Assembly: GCF_006345805.1 (NCBI RefSeq)
Contig: NC_043019.1
Span: 12,709,360-12,773,359, forward strand
DNA length: 64,000 bases
Reading direction: 5' to 3'
DNA from: Octopus sinensis
Lineage: Eukaryota
The notes beneath the pieces are model-generated. The model saw only the letters and a program-made list of their open reading frames with translations. It did not search any database and had not been told where the DNA came from. The position numbers and the translations under genes are program-made. Position 1 is the stretch's first letter. Each line of letters opens with the position of its first letter. This document shows positions 12,518-25,010 of the stretch, in pieces.

Positions 12518-12858
12518 TATATAAAGTAGACAAAGTATAAATATTTATGTTGCATATATATTTTGCTTAGTACACATGCGCGCGTGAGTATGTTTGTGTG
12601 TTGTGTGTGTGTATTTACGGGTATACATTCATGATCTTTCACTCTCTTTATTTCTTTTGTTTTCTCGTCTGCGATGAACTTTCTCCTGTTATAATTCACT
12701 ACATTATCTCACTTTAAAATATTCAAATTTATTCAAATACTCACAATAGTTTTCCGTTTACATTCACACAAACGACAGGTGTTCCATGTTCAATTTTACA
12801 GGTTTTTTAAAAAACTTTTTTTTTTTATATGTAAACTATGAGAAATAATACCACCTAC

Positions 12859-12922
12859 GTCCGTTTTGCAAATCTTGAATTCTTCAAGGCGACCTTCACA
12901 TTCCTTTCCCTTAAACGCTGGG
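12859..12922 (-). CDS. ADAMTS-like gene exon: second half of the first TSP1 (PAFKGKECEGRLEEFKICKTD); first visible exon of this segment
   Basis: Acceptor tatttctgtag|C and donor GAC|gtaggt. P...G..C.G......C pattern. Phase 2 to 0. Confidence 0.9.
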
Positions 12923-13013
12923 CTACAGAAATAAGAATATATGTGCATGTGGTTATACATGTTCATACGAATGCATGCATGCATGCAGGTATGTATGTAT
13001 GTATGTATGTATG

Positions 13014-13047
<34 letters not shown>

Positions 13048-13350
13048 TGTATGTATGTATGATTTTTTTGCGTAATGAGATAAAAAAACCAAGGCTGTAT
13101 AGATATTAGAGCATTTATAGATAGAAGGTTCTTACAGATGTTTCTAGGATATAATTAATAATATCCCTTCATCGGAGACGGTGTGAGAGGAAAGTTAAGT
13201 CATAGTTAGTTTCGATGTGATACAAAATAGAGAGTGATGTAGAGGAAAGAAAATAGATGCAAGATATATATGGATATTGAGTTGTAAATCCATTTTTTAG
13301 GCATAATGGTATATATAATTATCCAATATCCTATGAGTAAAGTCTAAAAG

Positions 13351-13450
13351 NNNNNNNNNNNNNNNNNNNNNNNNNNNNNNNNNNNNNNNNNNNNNNNNNN
13401 NNNNNNNNNNNNNNNNNNNNNNNNNNNNNNNNNNNNNNNNNNNNNNNNNN
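13351..13450. other. Assembly gap (exactly 100 N, probably an unknown-size scaffolding gap)
   Basis: Run of 100 N. Confidence 1.
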
Positions 13451-13689
13451 ACCCACAAGGGGCTAAACACAGAGGGGACAAAAAGGACAGACATGGGTAT
13501 TAAGTCGATTACATCGACTCCAGTGCGTAACTAGTACTTAATTTATCGACCCCGAAAGGATGAAAGGCAAAGTCGACCTCGGCGGAATTTGAGCTCACAA
13601 CGTAACGCAGACGAGATACCGCTAAGCATTTCGCCCGGCGTGCTAACGTTTCTGCCAGCTCCCCGTCTAACTTGAGTGAAGGAGGTCTA

Positions 13690-14072
13690 TATAACGTCCT
13701 TTGTTTGTATAACTGTATACGGTAACGTCCTTTATTATTATTGTATATATAACATAATGCAAACGTGTAGCTTTTTTGTGCATTTTGTTTGCAGAAAATA
13801 AAAATTAACAATAATAATGTTTAATAAATGTTGCTTATTGCAAGTTATGGATGATCCCTTTATGACTTCATTGCTTTCAGGCTTAGCTTAAGGTATTTTC
13901 GCGCCTAACATCACAAAATGCGTTTGAATAAACATTGCCGGACAGTAAATAGAGACTCGGACATTGCTTAGAAAATATTTTTCATTTTTAACCTCGTATA
14001 TAGTACGCACTAGGGATTTTGGCCTTTAAATTTTGGGGAAAAAATGCGGATTATACTCGAGGATTTACGGTA
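13690..14072. mobile_element. Tc2/pogo-like DNA transposon remnant
   Basis: Ends in AAAATGCGGATTATACTCGAGGATTTACGGTA, the reverse complement of a TACCGTAAAT...-type terminus. Confidence 0.45.
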
Positions 14073-14132
14073 TGTCATAATATTAGTTTATCAATTCCGG
14101 ATATGATAGCATGGGAGCGGTCTGGATCCTTT

Positions 14133-14172
<40 letters not shown>

Positions 14173-14509
14173 GCACTTATATTCATTAAATAAAGATAAA
14201 AATCACATTAATGGTAATTATCAGGTAGTCAGCATGGAAATAAGTAATTTATATATTAAATTAATAATCATATATATATGTGTGTGTGTGTTGTGTATTA
14301 ATTTAATATACATACACTTATACATATATATGCGTGTGCGTATGTGTGTGTATGTGTGTATGTATGTTGTTGTGTATATATAATACACACGCGCACACAC
14401 ACATATATATATATCATGTATGTATGTTAGTATATATATATATATATATATCTATATATTATATTTATATATATATGTACATGCATATATATTATTATAT
14501 ATATAATAA

Positions 14510-14545
<36 letters not shown>

Positions 14546-14653
14546 GATATATATATATATATATACATGCATATATATACGTGTACGCACACATGCATAT
14601 TATATATATATATATATCTATACATGCATGCATACATACATTCATACAGGTAT

Positions 14654-14688
<35 letters not shown>

Positions 14689-15715
14689 TTTATTTATAGG
14701 TTATAAAATGAGATAGGGGTTGAAAATTCAACCACCATGGGATAATATATATCCAATATACTGCCAGATAGGTACCCACAAGACTAATACATAGATGTTA
14801 AAAATTGTCAAACAATCAGTTCATCTATTGTATTATATGGGTAAGGTGATAATATTACCGTAAATTAATACTAAAATTTAGAGAATGGAGAAACATACTT
14901 AAATCAATAAAACACAACTATCCGATGATACCCAATCAATACTTTAATACACCATTACATATGAGTAAAGGCATTATACAAAATAAGATATACAGTAATA
15001 GTAAAAAGATAAGAGATATAAGTAAAAAATTTCAAATATAATATGTAATTAAATCAAAACTGACAGCTGTTCGGCAGTGAGGGCAGTCATACCTCATTTA
15101 ACCTATAAGCCATAAAGGCAGGTATAAATGAGGCATTAACAAGGATGCCCACGGCCTCTCTTCAGAGAATTAAATTAAATTTGTTATAATTGTGAAAAAT
15201 ATTATATAACCATATACATATAAATATAAATTAAAAATTAAAATATAAAAACTTATACATCATAATGCTACACTTATATAATATAATACTCATTGGTACA
15301 ATAAAGGAAGGTAACAGAACAAAATAAACAAATATATATCAGTGTATATATTAATATTAATAAGTACCGATATTATACATATTTGGCTAATAGTTTTTTT
15401 AAAAAAAACTAACACATAGGGAGATGAAAAATAATATCCTTGTTAATGCCTCATTTATACCTGCCTTTATGGCTTATAGGTTAAATGAGGTATGACTGCC
15501 CTCACTGCCGAAACAGCTGTCAGTTTTGATTTAATTACATATTATATTTGAAATTTTTTACTTATATCTCTTTATCTTTTTACTATTACTGTATATCTTA
15601 TTTTGTATAATGCCTTTACTCATATGTAATGGTGTATTAAAGTATTGATTGGGTATCATCGGATAGTTGATGTTTTATTGATTTAAGTATGTTTCTCCAT
15701 TCTCTAATTTTGTAG

Positions 15716-15774
<59 letters not shown>

Positions 15775-16177
15775 CATACATACATACATACATACATACA
15801 TACATACATACATACATACATACATACATACAATGCACACTGAAGCCTATTAGATAACGTTGATAATCAAAGGCAAAGCTTTCACGTTTAATGCGTAACG
15901 CTAAACGGCCTGAAGTAATGACGACCAATGAAAGTGCATTAGATTACTGCTTTGAGGAGACATATTACTTGTATTTACCGACCACACCTCGAAAGTTTTC
16001 GTGTCACCTGATAGTGAAATAGTAAAAAGAAACAATGAGCAGCAAGAGCATAAAGATTGGATTACGTAAAAACCAGACGATATGTTTGTTACCTTCTCCG
16101 AAAGCTTGTAAGCTACGCGTTTCGGGTTACTAAAAATAGCAACCAAACCTTTCCCACTTTACATCCAAGCAACTAAA

Positions 16178-16180
<3 letters not shown>

Positions 16181-16242
<62 letters not shown>

Positions 16243-16287
16243 GCTACCTATCTATCTACCTATCTATCTATCTATCTATCTATCTAC

Positions 16288-16332
<45 letters not shown>

Positions 16333-16447
16333 CATCCATCGATCTATCTACCTATCTATCCACCTATCTATCTATCTATCAATCTATCTACTTATCTATC
16401 TACCTATCTACCTATCTACCTATCTATCTATCTATCTATCTATCTAC

Positions 16448-16487
<40 letters not shown>

Positions 16488-16506
16488 TCTATATCTATCT
16501 ATCTAC

Positions 16507-16537
<31 letters not shown>

Positions 16538-16670
16538 CTATCTATCTATCTACTATCTATCTATCTATTATCTACTACCTATCTATCTACCTATCTATCT
16601 ACCTATCTATCTACCTATCTACCTATCTACCTACTTGTCTATTTATCTACCTATCTATCTATCTATATGG
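16181..16670. repeat. (TATC/TACC)n microsatellite, ~490 bp
   Basis: Seen directly. Confidence 0.98.
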
Positions 16671-16745
16671 CAAATAACGATCTACATATATAGAGAGAGA
16701 AAAAAACCAGACCATGTGTGATGGATTATATGCTGTACATCTCTG

Positions 16746-16792
<47 letters not shown>

Positions 16793-16807
16793 TATATATA
16801 TATATTA

Positions 16808-17048
16808 CAAAATAAGCAACAAGAATAACTTCGGTAATTTGGTACGATCGTTTCACACTACATCATTTTATTAAATGTTGTAAGTATTACAACAGTTTTA
16901 AAATGCTGAGCACTCATCAGCCATTAATAGAGGTTTTCCATTAATACATAATTTTCATATCAATTGTAATACTTACAACATTTAATAAAATGATGTAGCG
17001 CGAAACGATCGTACCAAATTACCGAATTTATTCTTGTTGCTTATTTTG
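16808..17048. repeat. Hairpin element: ~85-bp near-perfect inverted arms (16808-16892 / 16964-17048)
   Basis: CAAAATAAGCAACAAGAATAA...TATTACAA versus its reverse complement. Confidence 0.85.
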
Positions 17049-17124
17049 ATTATAACCACCCCATGGATTTATATGGATAACACCATACAAAGTTCTGGTG
17101 CATCTAACTTAAAACCATATTCAT

Positions 17125-17183
<59 letters not shown>

Positions 17184-17189
17184 ATATAT

Positions 17190-17759
17190 ATATTGCGTTG
17201 TCCGGAAAGTTCGTGCCGATTTATAGTAGCTTACCTTTCGACTTATTTTAGAACATGGTTGAGCCCATAAAATAGGATTTTACTACACCTCCATTTAGAA
17301 CACAGTTTAAGCTATCTTTTCATGGAAGAAGGTTATGTTCCTATAACCTATGTTAATTCTGTAAACCTTTAAAATGGAAGATGAGAAAGTTCATTTTCGG
17401 TACTTGATACTTTGGGAACCAGGCAAAAATTGCTGCAGCTTGGCTGGGATGTGTTACCCCACCCTCCATATTCACCAGATATTGCTCCTTCGGATTTCCA
17501 ATTATTCAGGTCTCTGCAGAATAGTCTTAATGGTAAAAATTTCAATTCGTTGGATGACGTAAAAAGATACCTTGATGAAGTCTTTGCCATGAAACCCCCT
17601 CAATTCTGGGAAGAGGGTATTTTCAAGTTAAAGGAAAGATGGAGGCGCGTTGTGCAACAAAATGGTTCATATTTGGTTGATTAAAAATGTAATGGCGAGT
17701 ATTTATCGACCTTTTTCTTTCCTTTAAAAATTGGCACAAACTTTCCGGACAACCCAATA
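17190..17759 (+). mobile_element. Internally deleted non-autonomous mariner with both TIRs
   Basis: TIRs ...GTTGTCCGGAAAGTTCGTGCCGATTT and AAATTGGCACAAACTTTCCGGACAAC.... MEDEKVHFRYLIL is fused directly to the PHPPYSPDIAPSDF segment. Solo ends of the same family at ~18008-18079 and ~22081-22130. Confidence 0.92.
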
Positions 17760-18664
17760 GATACACGTACATATACGCACACACTCATTGTACTAAATGA
17801 CAAATTGTAATACACACGGCGAACAGCATGAATCACACCATGATTTGCATGTATAATATTACATAGGAAGCTCGATCTGCTGGAAATAGCAACTGAATCT
17901 CATATTACCGTCCTTACAAATTGACACATTGGGTAATGTGTCTAAATACAATACAGGTTGGTTCATAGGTAGGGATCACTGGAGTTAAACAGCAATATTT
18001 TATGGACTCAACCATGTTCTAAAATAGGTCGAAAGGTAAGCTACTATAAATCGGCACGAACTTTCCAGACAACCCAATATATCTAATTCATCCTTTGGAG
18101 TCGATAAAATAAGCACCAGTTGAGCACTGGGGTCGATTTAATCGATTTTAAACTAATGTTATTAGAAGTTAAATCGTCATATAGACGGCGAACAGCATGA
18201 ACCACAACAATGACTTGCATAATCATTTTTAATACTTTTCAGATTTGAATGCATTATAAATAAATATGCAAGTCATTGGTTTGATTGTTGCTCTTCACTG
18301 TTGATACGACAATTTATGGTTGGTTGGCAGACATCAGCAAGAGTCATAAAACAGTTTTATTTCACTGAAGTTAGAAACAGGTGTTTCGACTCCTGGGTAG
18401 ATTCATTTATCCGGGAATGCCTCTGGCTCATGAAACACAGTGAAGTCGAAACAGCGGCTATTCCAGAGTCCCTTGCATTAATGAATTAAGTGTTATGAAC
18501 TCACGTTCATCGTAAAGGAGTTGTTCTCCTGCGACGAAACACAACAGTGATCAACGTATTCACGTTCGGATCCGCCGGAACGTATTTAGAACAAATATGT
18601 AGCCGCCATTGTTAATTGAGATGGGGAAGAAAAAAGTCTTTAAAACTCAATAGCGATGTCATAC

Positions 18665-18773
18665 CAAGGTTTTCTGTCATAATGGTTGCTTCCGTAGCAT
18701 TTTCAATCTTTGTAGCCACGTTTTCTCCATAATTCTCCAAAGTCTTCAATAATGATGTCGCTGAAGTCTCTTT
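18665..18773 (-). CDS. aGPCR-like gene exon 13 (last visible): GAIN domain (KETSATSLLKTLENYGENVATKI...IMTENLG)
   Basis: Acceptor ttttcctcag|AAA and donor G|gtatga. Phase 0 to 1. A..LL..LE helix and T.NL strand typical of the GAIN A/B transition. Confidence 0.85.
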
Positions 18774-18813
18774 CTGAGGAAAAAAAAAGAAGAGAAAGAA
18801 GATATTATTATTA

Positions 18814-18900
<87 letters not shown>

Positions 18901-19120
18901 GGTGGTGGTGGTGGTGAGATGGCAGAATCGTTAGCACGCCGGGCGAAATTCTTAGCGGTATTTCGTCTGCCGCTACGCTCTGAGTTCAAATTCCGCCGAG
19001 GTCGACTTTGCCTTTCATCCTTTCGGGGTCGATAAATTAAGTACCAGTGAAACACTGGGGTCGATGTAATATCGATTGCCCCCTCTCCTCCAAATTTCAG
19101 GCCTTGTGCCTCCTGTGGAA

Positions 19121-19170
<50 letters not shown>

Positions 19171-19261
19171 GAAGACGAAGAAGAAGAAGAAGAGAAGAAG
19201 AAGAAGAAGAAGAAGAAGAAGAAGAAGAAGAAGAAGAAGAAGAAGAAGAAATGATAGCTAC

Positions 19262-19333
19262 CTTTTTGTTCATAGTCTCCCAGTTTTGTTTCCGTTTAGG
19301 GGCCAAAATATTGTCTACAGCTTCGAAAAATTG
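19262..19333 (-). CDS. aGPCR-like gene exon 12: GAIN subdomain A (QFFEAVDNILAPKRKQNWETMNKK)
   Basis: Acceptor ttcttttccag|CAA and donor AAG|gtagct. V.NIL......W motif. Phase 0 to 0. Confidence 0.88.
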
Positions 19334-20294
19334 CTGGAAAAGAAATAAATAGAATCAAGATATGAAACACAAGTAAAGAAAAAAATGGAAGAAAAAATTA
19401 TGTGTAGTTTGTTAGAGATTCTTGAAGTCGTCTGTGGCAAATAAATGTGGCTTAGTTGCGTGTATCGAGATTTTGCTTGATTGTTTTTTGAGCAAATGCT
19501 GATGCATATTCTCAATAAACCTACAGTATCGTTAAGTGGAGGCGCAATGGCCCAGTGGTTAGGGCAGCGGACTCGCGGTCGTAGGATCGCGGTTTCGATT
19601 CCCAGATCGGGCGTTGTGAGTGTTTATTGAGCGAAAACACCTAATGCTCCACGAGGCTCCGGCAGGGATGGTGGTGATCCCTGCTGTACTCTTTCACCAC
19701 AACTTTCTCTCACTCTTACTTCCTGTTTCTGTTGTACCTGTATTTCAAAGGGCCGGCCTTGTCACTCTCTGTGTCACGCTGAATATCCCCGAGAACTACG
19801 TTAAGGGTACACGTGTCTGTGGAGTGCTCATCCACTTACACGTTAATTTCACGAGCAGGCTGTTCCGTTGATCGGATCAACCGGAACCCTCGTTGTCGTA
19901 ACCGACGCAGTGCTTCCGCCACACAGTATCGTTCACTATACATTTCGACGCTTATAAAATCAGATGTTAGTTTGTTTATTTTTACACACGTAATTATACA
20001 TTGAGCAATTTATCGCATAAAATCGCGGATAAATTTGTCAGCGGGCAGTTTATCTTAATGGTAAGACATTCAGCCGAAGTCTTCGAGAAATATGGGTTCG
20101 AGTCCAAATGTTGGACAAATGTAAGTGTAATTTATCCAACATTTCTGCCGTTCTAACGGCAATTCTGCATTCGAAAAAATATCATCTAATCTCTATCGTT
20201 CAATAGACATTTCGACGCTTATAAAAGCGTGTTAGTTAGTGTGTGTATGTGTGAGTATATATATAATATATATATAATATATAGATATATATAT

Positions 20295-20327
<33 letters not shown>

Positions 20328-20328
20328 G

Positions 20329-20374
<46 letters not shown>

Positions 20375-20401
20375 CTATATATATATATTATATATATATA
20401 T

Positions 20402-20468
<67 letters not shown>

Positions 20469-20639
20469 GTATGTGGTGTGTGGGTGCATGGATCAGTGGT
20501 CAGAGCGTCAAGCTTACAATCCTGAGGTTGTGAGTTCGAATCTCGGACAGGGCTGTCAAGCGATGTTGAGGGGGACAAACAAAGACACAAACACACACAC
20601 ACAACACCACCACACACCACACACACACAATACATATAG

Positions 20640-20673
<34 letters not shown>

Positions 20674-21109
20674 GACGGGCGTCTTCCAGTTTCCGTCTAC
20701 CAAGTCCGCTCACAATAGTAGAATGCACTTGCCCAACGTGCCACGCAGTGAGACTGAACCCGGAACCATGTGGTTAGTAAACAAGCTACTTACCACACAG
20801 CCACTCCTACCCTATACATACATACTACATACATACATACATATATATAATATATATATATAGAGAGAGATAGAGAGAGAGAGAAGAGAGAGAGAGAGAG
20901 ATCAATAAATGGTGGGTTGTGTTGACCGCACGTTGAGAAATGATAAGCAAGGAAAATTGTAAAAATGCAGAATGCTAAATTGAAAGAAATTTCAATGAAA
21001 TGAGAAATTGATAAAATATATAATATATATTAATTCAAACCAGTTTTCGTCATAATTGACTTTTCAAGAATTGTAAGGGAAAAATTTTTTTTTTAAGTGA
21101 GAAAGGGGG

Positions 21110-21172
<63 letters not shown>

Positions 21173-21245
21173 TATCATCTTCGCTAACTCGTTATCAAAA
21201 GAAATCAAAAGACAACACAAGAGGGATTCTTTAGAGTTGACTTAC

Positions 21246-21431
21246 TTTGATTTGGTCCTCCTCCACAACTTTCACATCCTCCTGGATTGCTGCTATTTTG
21301 TCCAAAGCACTCACTCCAGTGATAACATCTCCGGTGCTAAGAGTTGTGTTGGCTGTATCTTCGGTGACGTTCACTAACATGTCCAAGACCTCAGCGGTAC
21401 CCGTGTGGATATTGTCCTCAATGTCAACAAG
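21246..21431 (-). CDS. aGPCR-like gene exon 11: GAIN subdomain A helices (LVDIEDNIHTGTAEVLDMLVNVT...LSTGDVITGVSALDKI...)
   Basis: Acceptor gttttaaag|CTT and donor AAA|gtaag. 186 nt open. L..T.....L..GD motif. Phase 0 to 0. Confidence 0.88.
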
Positions 21432-21468
21432 CTTTAAAACATTTACATATTAATAGATAATAAATATA

Positions 21469-21469
<1 letters not shown>

Positions 21470-21529
<60 letters not shown>

Positions 21530-22000
21530 CATACATATATACACACCACAAACACATACATACATACACACACACACATACATGCATAGATACAAAACAT
21601 ACATACATACATACATACATACACACACATACATACATGCATGCATACATACACACATACATACATGCCTACATACACACACATACATACACACACATAC
21701 ATACATACATACATACATACATACATACACACATACATACATAAATACATACATACACACACACACATACATACATACATACATACATACATACACACAC
21801 ACACATACATACTTACATACATACACACACACACACACATACATACATACATACATACATACACACATACATACATACAAACATACATACACACACACAC
21901 ATACATACACACATACATACATACATACATACATACATACACACATACATACATACATACACATACATACATACATACATACATACATACATACATACAT
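21470..22000. repeat. (TACA/CA)n compound microsatellite
   Basis: Seen directly; source of the YIHT/MYVC pseudo-ORFs. Confidence 0.98.
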
Positions 22001-22216
22001 GCATAATTTTTAGAAAAGGAGATGACCCAGCCAACACGCACATTACAAATACAAATATGCAGAACGAAGAGTAAAAATATTCGAAAGGTAAGCTACTATA
22101 AATCGGCAGGAACTTTCCGGACAGCCCAATAGTTTCTCACACTTTATTTTCGTTCACAAAATCACTGAACTTACAATGACTCTTCTTTCTCACATCGTAG
22201 AAAAAATTTCACTTAC

Positions 22217-22311
22217 ATTGTTGATAATATCGATGAAAACACGTCGGACGCAAAGCTCATCGTTCGGATTGCCCCATTTTTCATCTTCTGCACAATATCT
22301 AGAAATCATTC
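22217..22311 (-). CDS. aGPCR-like gene exon 10: second half of HRM domain (GMISRYCAEDEKWGNPNDELCVRRVFIDIINN)
   Basis: Acceptor ttccgttgcag|GA and donor AAT|gtaagt. G...R.C....W..P....C motif. Phase 1 to 0. Confidence 0.92.
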
Positions 22312-22792
22312 CTGCAACGGAAAACACGAAGAGTAATAATGAGATTGCCGATACCGTTTTTTTTTTTTTTTAGGACTTTTTCTTTTTTGATTGGAGTCAG
22401 GGGGAACACTAGAACTGGCACTGTCATGCCTTTGGTTGTCAGAAGTGAAAGTAGTCAACTTCGTGTATTTCCGTCAGGTTTATACCTTCGTAAATTTACG
22501 CCGTTTCTTTACGTACCACCACGCTGTTAGGTTTATAAAACAATTGAAGTTCAGTTTAAAGTTTATAAATAAATACAGTGCCCTAGAACTTTATTCTTTT
22601 TATTTTGCTTTTGTTTGTCAAACATTGTTGTCAATTGACATTTGCAAAAATCGAAAATAATCAGTTCTAAAGCCAGTCTGTGTTGTAAATAATTAACATT
22701 TTTCAATCATATGATTTCGGGTTCAGTCTTGCAGCCTGGAATCTCAGGTCGACCGCAGCCACTAAAGTACATATGTGATAGAGGACAGGTAT

Positions 22793-23375
22793 TGGCGGCG
22801 AGCTGGTAGAAACGTTAGCAAGCCGGGCGAAATGCTTTCTGGTATTTCGTCCGCCTCTGCGTTCCGAGTCCAAATTCCGCCGAGGTTGACTTTGCCTTTC
22901 ATCCTTTCAGGGTCGATTAAATAAGAACCAGTTACACACTGGGGTTGATATAATCGACTTAATCCGTTTGTTTGTCCTTGTTTGTCCTCTCTGTGTTTAG
23001 TCCCTTGTGGGTAGTAGAGAAATAGGTATTTCGTCTGCCGCTACGTTCTGAGTTCAAATTCCGCCGAGGTCGTCTTTGCCTTTCATCCTTTCGGGGTCGA
23101 TAAATTAAGTACCAGTTACGCACTGGGGTCGATATAATCGACTTAATCCGTTTGTTTGTCCTCTCTGTGTTTAGCCCCTTGTGGGTAGTAAAGAAATAGG
23201 TATTTCGTCTGCCGCTACATTCTGAGTTCAAATTCCGCCGAGGTTGACTTTGCCTTTCATCCTTTCGGGGTCGATTAAATAAGAACCAGTTACGCACTGG
23301 GGTCGATGTAATCGACTTAATCTGTTTGTTTGTCCTTGTTTGTCCTCTCTGTGTTTAGCCCCTTGTGGGTGGTAA
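22793..23375 (+). mobile_element. Head-to-tail array of SINE family C (one full unit plus two head-truncated units)
   Basis: ~160-170-bp units repeated with junction GAAATAGGTATTTCGTC. Confidence 0.88.
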
Positions 23376-23746
23376 TGACTGAAACAAGTAAAACACTCCT
23401 ACGCCTAAACAATTTAAGATTGTGTGGTAAGTAGCTTGCTAATCAACCACATGGTTCCGGGTTCAGTCCCACTGCGTGGCACCTTGGGCAAGTGTCTTCT
23501 ACTATAGCCCCGGGCCGACCAAAGCCTTGTGAGTGGATTTGGTAGATGGAAACTGAAAGAAGGACAGACAAACGAACTAAGTCGATTACTTCGACCCTCA
23601 GTGCGTAACTGGCACTTAATTTATCGACCCCTAAAAAATTGAAAGGCAAAGTCGACCTCGGCGGAATTTGAACTCAGAACGTAACGGCTACGCATTTCGC
23701 CCGGCGTGCTAACGGTTCTGCCAGCTCTATATGAATACATAAACAC

Positions 23747-23749
<3 letters not shown>

Positions 23750-23795
<46 letters not shown>

Positions 23796-24295
23796 TGTGT
23801 GTGTGTGAGTGTGTGTGTGTGAGTGTGTGTGTGTGTGTGTGAGTGATGTGTGTGAGTGATGTGTGTGTATGTGTGTGTATGTGTGTGTGAGTGATGTGTG
23901 TGTGTGTGAGTGATGTGTGTGTGTGTGAGTGATGTGTGTGTGTGGAGTGATGTGTGTGTGTGTATGTGTGTGTATGTGTGTGTATGTGTGTGTGTGTGTG
24001 TGTATGTGTGTGTATGTGTGTGTGTGTAGGTGATGTGTGTGTGTGAGTGATGTGTATGAGTGATGTGTGTGTGTATGTGTGTGTGTGTGAGTGATGTGTG
24101 TGTGTGAGTGATGTGTGTGTGTGTGTGAGTGATGTGTGTGTGTGTGTGAGTGATGTGTGTGTGTGTGAGTGATGTGTGTGTGTGTGTGTGAGTGATGTGT
24201 GTGTGTGAGTGATGTGTGTGTGTGTATGAGTGATGTGTGTGTGTATGTGTGTGTATGTGTGTGTGTGTGTGTATGTGTGTGTGTGTGTGTGTGCG
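23750..24295. repeat. (TG)n/(TGAGTGA)n compound microsatellite
   Basis: Seen directly. Confidence 0.98.
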
Positions 24296-24338
24296 CACGC
24301 AACCGTTCAGAAATGTGAAAGGATAAACCAATGAATAC

Positions 24339-24440
24339 CTGTAAAGTCTCCTTGACATGGAACCTCGGCTGTTTTGCCAGAAGCTGTCTCTGGCCATTTA
24401 TTTCCGTCATCGTCCGTGAAACTGTCGCACATCTTCGTAT
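24339..24440 (-). CDS. aGPCR-like gene exon 9: first half of HRM domain (DTKMCDSFTDDDGNKWPETASGKTAEVPCQGDFTG)
   Basis: Acceptor ctgttctgcag|AT and donor G|gtattc. C..........WP.T..G......CP-like motif. Phase 1 to 1. Confidence 0.93.
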
Positions 24441-24699
24441 CTGCAGAACAGAAATTATATATAAGTTGCCAAATACACGGCGAACAATGAGCATCGAAAC
24501 CATAACATACATATTCACTCTTAATACTTGTTTCGAACGTAATTTTGCTAATCACTGGTGTGTTTCGTTGCAGAACAACTCCTTTATGATGAATTTGAGT
24601 TCATAATAAGACCGATTCATTAGTGCAAGTGACTCTGGCGTTTCAACATTGCTGTGTCTTGCCAGCCAGAAGCCTTCCTGGACTAATAATTCTTATTTC

Positions 24700-25010
24700 C
24701 TTATTGTCCACAAGGGGCTAAAGACAGAGGGGACAAACAAGGACAGACAAACGGATTAAGTCGATTATATCGACCCCAGTGCGTAACTGGTACTTATTTA
24801 ATCGACCCCGAAAGGATGAAAGGCAAAGACGACCTCGGCGGAATTTGAACTCAGAACGTAGCGGCAGACGAAATACCTATTTCATTACTACCCACAAGGG
24901 GCTAAGCACAGAGGAGACAAACAAGGACAGACAGACGGATTAAGTCGATTATATCGACCCCAGTGCGTAACTGGTACTTATTTAATCGACCCCGAAAGGA
25001 TGAAAGGCAA
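24700..25010 (-). mobile_element. Second head-to-tail SINE family C array
   Basis: Same internal junction seen as GACGAAATACCTATTTC at ~24868. Confidence 0.85.

Noticed and set aside
746-12922. Assigning a specific symbol (ADAMTS6/9/16, papilin, THSD4) or ADGRF5 to the upstream gene
   Set aside because: Domain order alone cannot establish orthology. The protease and 7TM regions needed for assignment are not in view.
18505-18528. 24-nt phase-1 micro-exon candidate (cgcag|GAGAACAACTCCTTTACGATGAAC|gtgagt) just after the last GAIN exon
   Set aside because: A homologous ~120-bp sequence lies on the opposite strand at ~24557-24690, so it belongs to a dispersed repeat, and the peptide is not GAIN-like. 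Exonisation cannot be excluded without RNA-seq.
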